Positions 61,930-64,000 of a stretch of DNA of 64,000 bases are shown here, in pieces; positions within the stretch are counted from its first letter, which is position 1, and each line of letters begins with the position of its first letter. Origin of the DNA: Pavona decussata (Eukaryota). The notes below the pieces were generated by a model. That model searched no databases and was not told where the DNA came from. It saw only the letters and a list, made by a program, of their open reading frames with translations. The position numbers were made by a program, and so were the translations under genes. The stretch is from contig CDRNST010000273.1 of assembly GCA_977016875.1 (NCBI GenBank), positions 5,208,001 through 5,272,000 of the forward strand, given 5' to 3'.

Positions 61930-62172
61930 CACTAACGATAGTCCGTTAAACGTAAGAAAACTAACGGACCTTTGGGAAAACTAACAATAGTTCGTTAAAC
62001 GTAAGAAAACTAACGGATCGCTAACGGCTTTTCAGACGTTTTAACAGTTTGTCCTAACACTAACGAATTGTCCTAACACTCTAACGGTTATTCTAAACGT
62101 TCTAACGCTTTGTCCTTATGTCTTAATGCTTTGTCCTGACGCCCTAACGGTTGGTCCGCCTAACATTCTAAC
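61930..62172 (-). repeat. CTAACGG (reverse CCGTTAG) subterminal array
   Basis: Repeated ctaacg/ctaacgg, the same motif as in the 33043-35236 element but in opposite orientation. Confidence 0.6.
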
Positions 62173-63352
62173 ACTATTTTCAAGTTGTTCCTCGATCAAA
62201 TACTGTTTTAAAAACTCTCTTGTCAATGACGACTGCTCAAATTTTTAAGCAACCACGACCACATTATTTGAGGTTAGATATTTTGAAACCTAAAATAAAT
62301 AAGTTTCAATTACAGCAGCATTGTGTTTTTGCCTTATTTTAGCTGATAAGTATATTAAAGAATATCAATAATTTTGTAGGGTTTAATCAGTTGTGTTAGG
62401 GTTATTTTGTTGAGTTTTCTCACAAGTGAGCACTTTTCCATGCACCAAGGGGTGGTTAGTGACAAGAAATTGACTGCAGCTGTACATGCGTACAGTGTAT
62501 ATGAATTTAAATCAGATATTTTGTTTTGTAACTATTGTACTGCTTTCTTACAAAATCTTCATTTTTTACTGCAAAGAAAATAGTCCCACTATTCTTGTGG
62601 ACTGATGGACTTGAACAAAATATGTACTTGCCATCCACTGAACCAGTGTCTTTTGGTTTTGGCCATATGTAAGCTCCAAGTTTTACTTTCGAAATGAAAT
62701 TGATGTTTACTCTATCCTCACTTGAAAGTGCAGTGATTTTTCAATATAAAATGTGTCATCATAGGCCACTGCTACCCACTGATCCACCATTAATGTTTTG
62801 CCATCGTGACCCTGCAAGTCAGCCAAACAAGTCTATGTAAGTATACTTGCCGAAATTATTGTGTTGTTGTGGCGTTAACAAATGGAGTTGATTATTATCT
62901 TAACAAGGGAACATGGCACTTCCTCCTCTCTCTCAGGATCTCTAATCATGGGTTTAATCATCTGAAAGCATCAGTTATTAATTTTATTATTTGTCATGGT
63001 GGCACTCATTGCAGACTATGATGGACAGTCTTAACACCTCAGACTCGTTATATAGGAAAATAGATCACTCTGTACTTAATCTACAACCCTTCAAAATGCA
63101 CTCATAAAAGAATATGGTATGGGTCGCACTTGGGCAAAGTTTTCAACTTTGCCGACCAAAAAACCACAGAAATTTTGAAACCGCAACCGGAAAGCAAACT
63201 TTTGGTTTAAACTATCAAGGTCGCACTAGGTGAAAAAAATATGTCAGTGATGACACTTTGCATAACTTAAATAAATAAACCAGATACACGTTTATCCACG
63301 TGTTATCGGGAGAGAGCAACTTGAGCTGAAAAAAGAAAACAAACGTCAAAAA

Positions 63353-64000
63353 ATGCGTCCCGTTGAAGCACTGTTGATAACGATCACGGTGATACTTCTT
63401 CTTTTTATTCAGTTTAATCACGAGCACTTCTTTGTCTTTCGTATGATGTATGAAAGATGGGCTAACGAATGTTTAACTGTTTTGACTGCTGCCATGATGA
63501 GAGCGAGAAATCGACGTCAGCGAAGGTTACTTCGAGCACCATATGCCTGGTCAGTTCCTCGACCAGTAGAGTCGTGGTTTGACCTACACTACTACGATCC
63601 AACGATACCTCAAGAATTTTTTCGTCAGCAGCTTCGTGTGACGAGAAATACGTTTAACCAGATTTTGAACATGTTGAACCACCGTTTGGTACGACAACAG
63701 TCGTGTTTCCGGGACTCATTACCACCGGAGAAAATACTTGCATTAGGACTTTATCGCCTGGGTCATGGAAACTCGTATGTAAGCATTGGGCCATCGTCTA
63801 ATGTCGGTAAAGCGACGGTTATTGAAGCGGTACAAGACGTGGTGGAAGCGCTTTACGAAATGCGTAATGAACACATAAAATTTCCGGAAAGTGAAGCAGA
63901 AACAAGGGCGGCCATAGAAACATTTGAAGACCTCTCAAATTTACCGAACATAGTTGGCGCGATTGATGGCTCTCACGTAAGAATTAAAGCACCCAAGGAC
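63353..64000 (+). CDS. Harbinger (HARBI1-like) transposase, open to window edge
   Basis: Uninterrupted 216 codons: FRQQLRVTRNTF, PEKILALGLYRLGHGNSY..NVGKATV, LPNIVGAIDGSHVRIKAP. Confidence 0.88.
   Translation, partial: MRPVEALLITITVILLLFIQFNHEHFFVFRMMYERWANECLTVLTAAMMRARNRRQRRLLRAPYAWSVPRPVESWFDLHYYDPTIPQEFFRQQLRVTRNTFNQILNMLNHRLVRQQSCFRDSLPPEKILALGLYRLGHGNSYVSIGPSSNVGKATVIEAVQDVVEALYEMRNEHIKFPESEAETRAAIETFEDLSNLPNIVGAIDGSHVRIKAPKD

Overview
This is eukaryotic, AT-rich, transposon-dense DNA with spliceosomal introns and no intact host gene. The repeat families and the SINE resemble those of cnidarians or stony corals (inference). The left 26 kb is a resolvable nest. A Mag-like Gypsy element A (2349-26203, minus, 135-bp LTRs, GAAAC TSD) contains a tRNA-SINE, a full-length L1/Tx1 LINE with an unusually long 122-bp target duplication, and a second Gypsy element B (5367-18844, GTAA TSD). 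B contains an apparently intact 4-exon Sola3 DNA transposon (10230-18490, ~550-bp TIRs, TTAA TSD), which carries a MITE. The rest is decayed TE sequence: CACTA/EnSpm, hAT, DIRS/Ngaro, a RAG1/Transib-like transposase, RecQ and XPG remnants, BEL/Pao, Harbinger and pogo. It also holds a second Sola3-like gene whose C-terminus runs through a 33-bp coding minisatellite into a putative herpes-tegument-type cysteine protease. All family calls come from motifs read by eye and no database searches were run.
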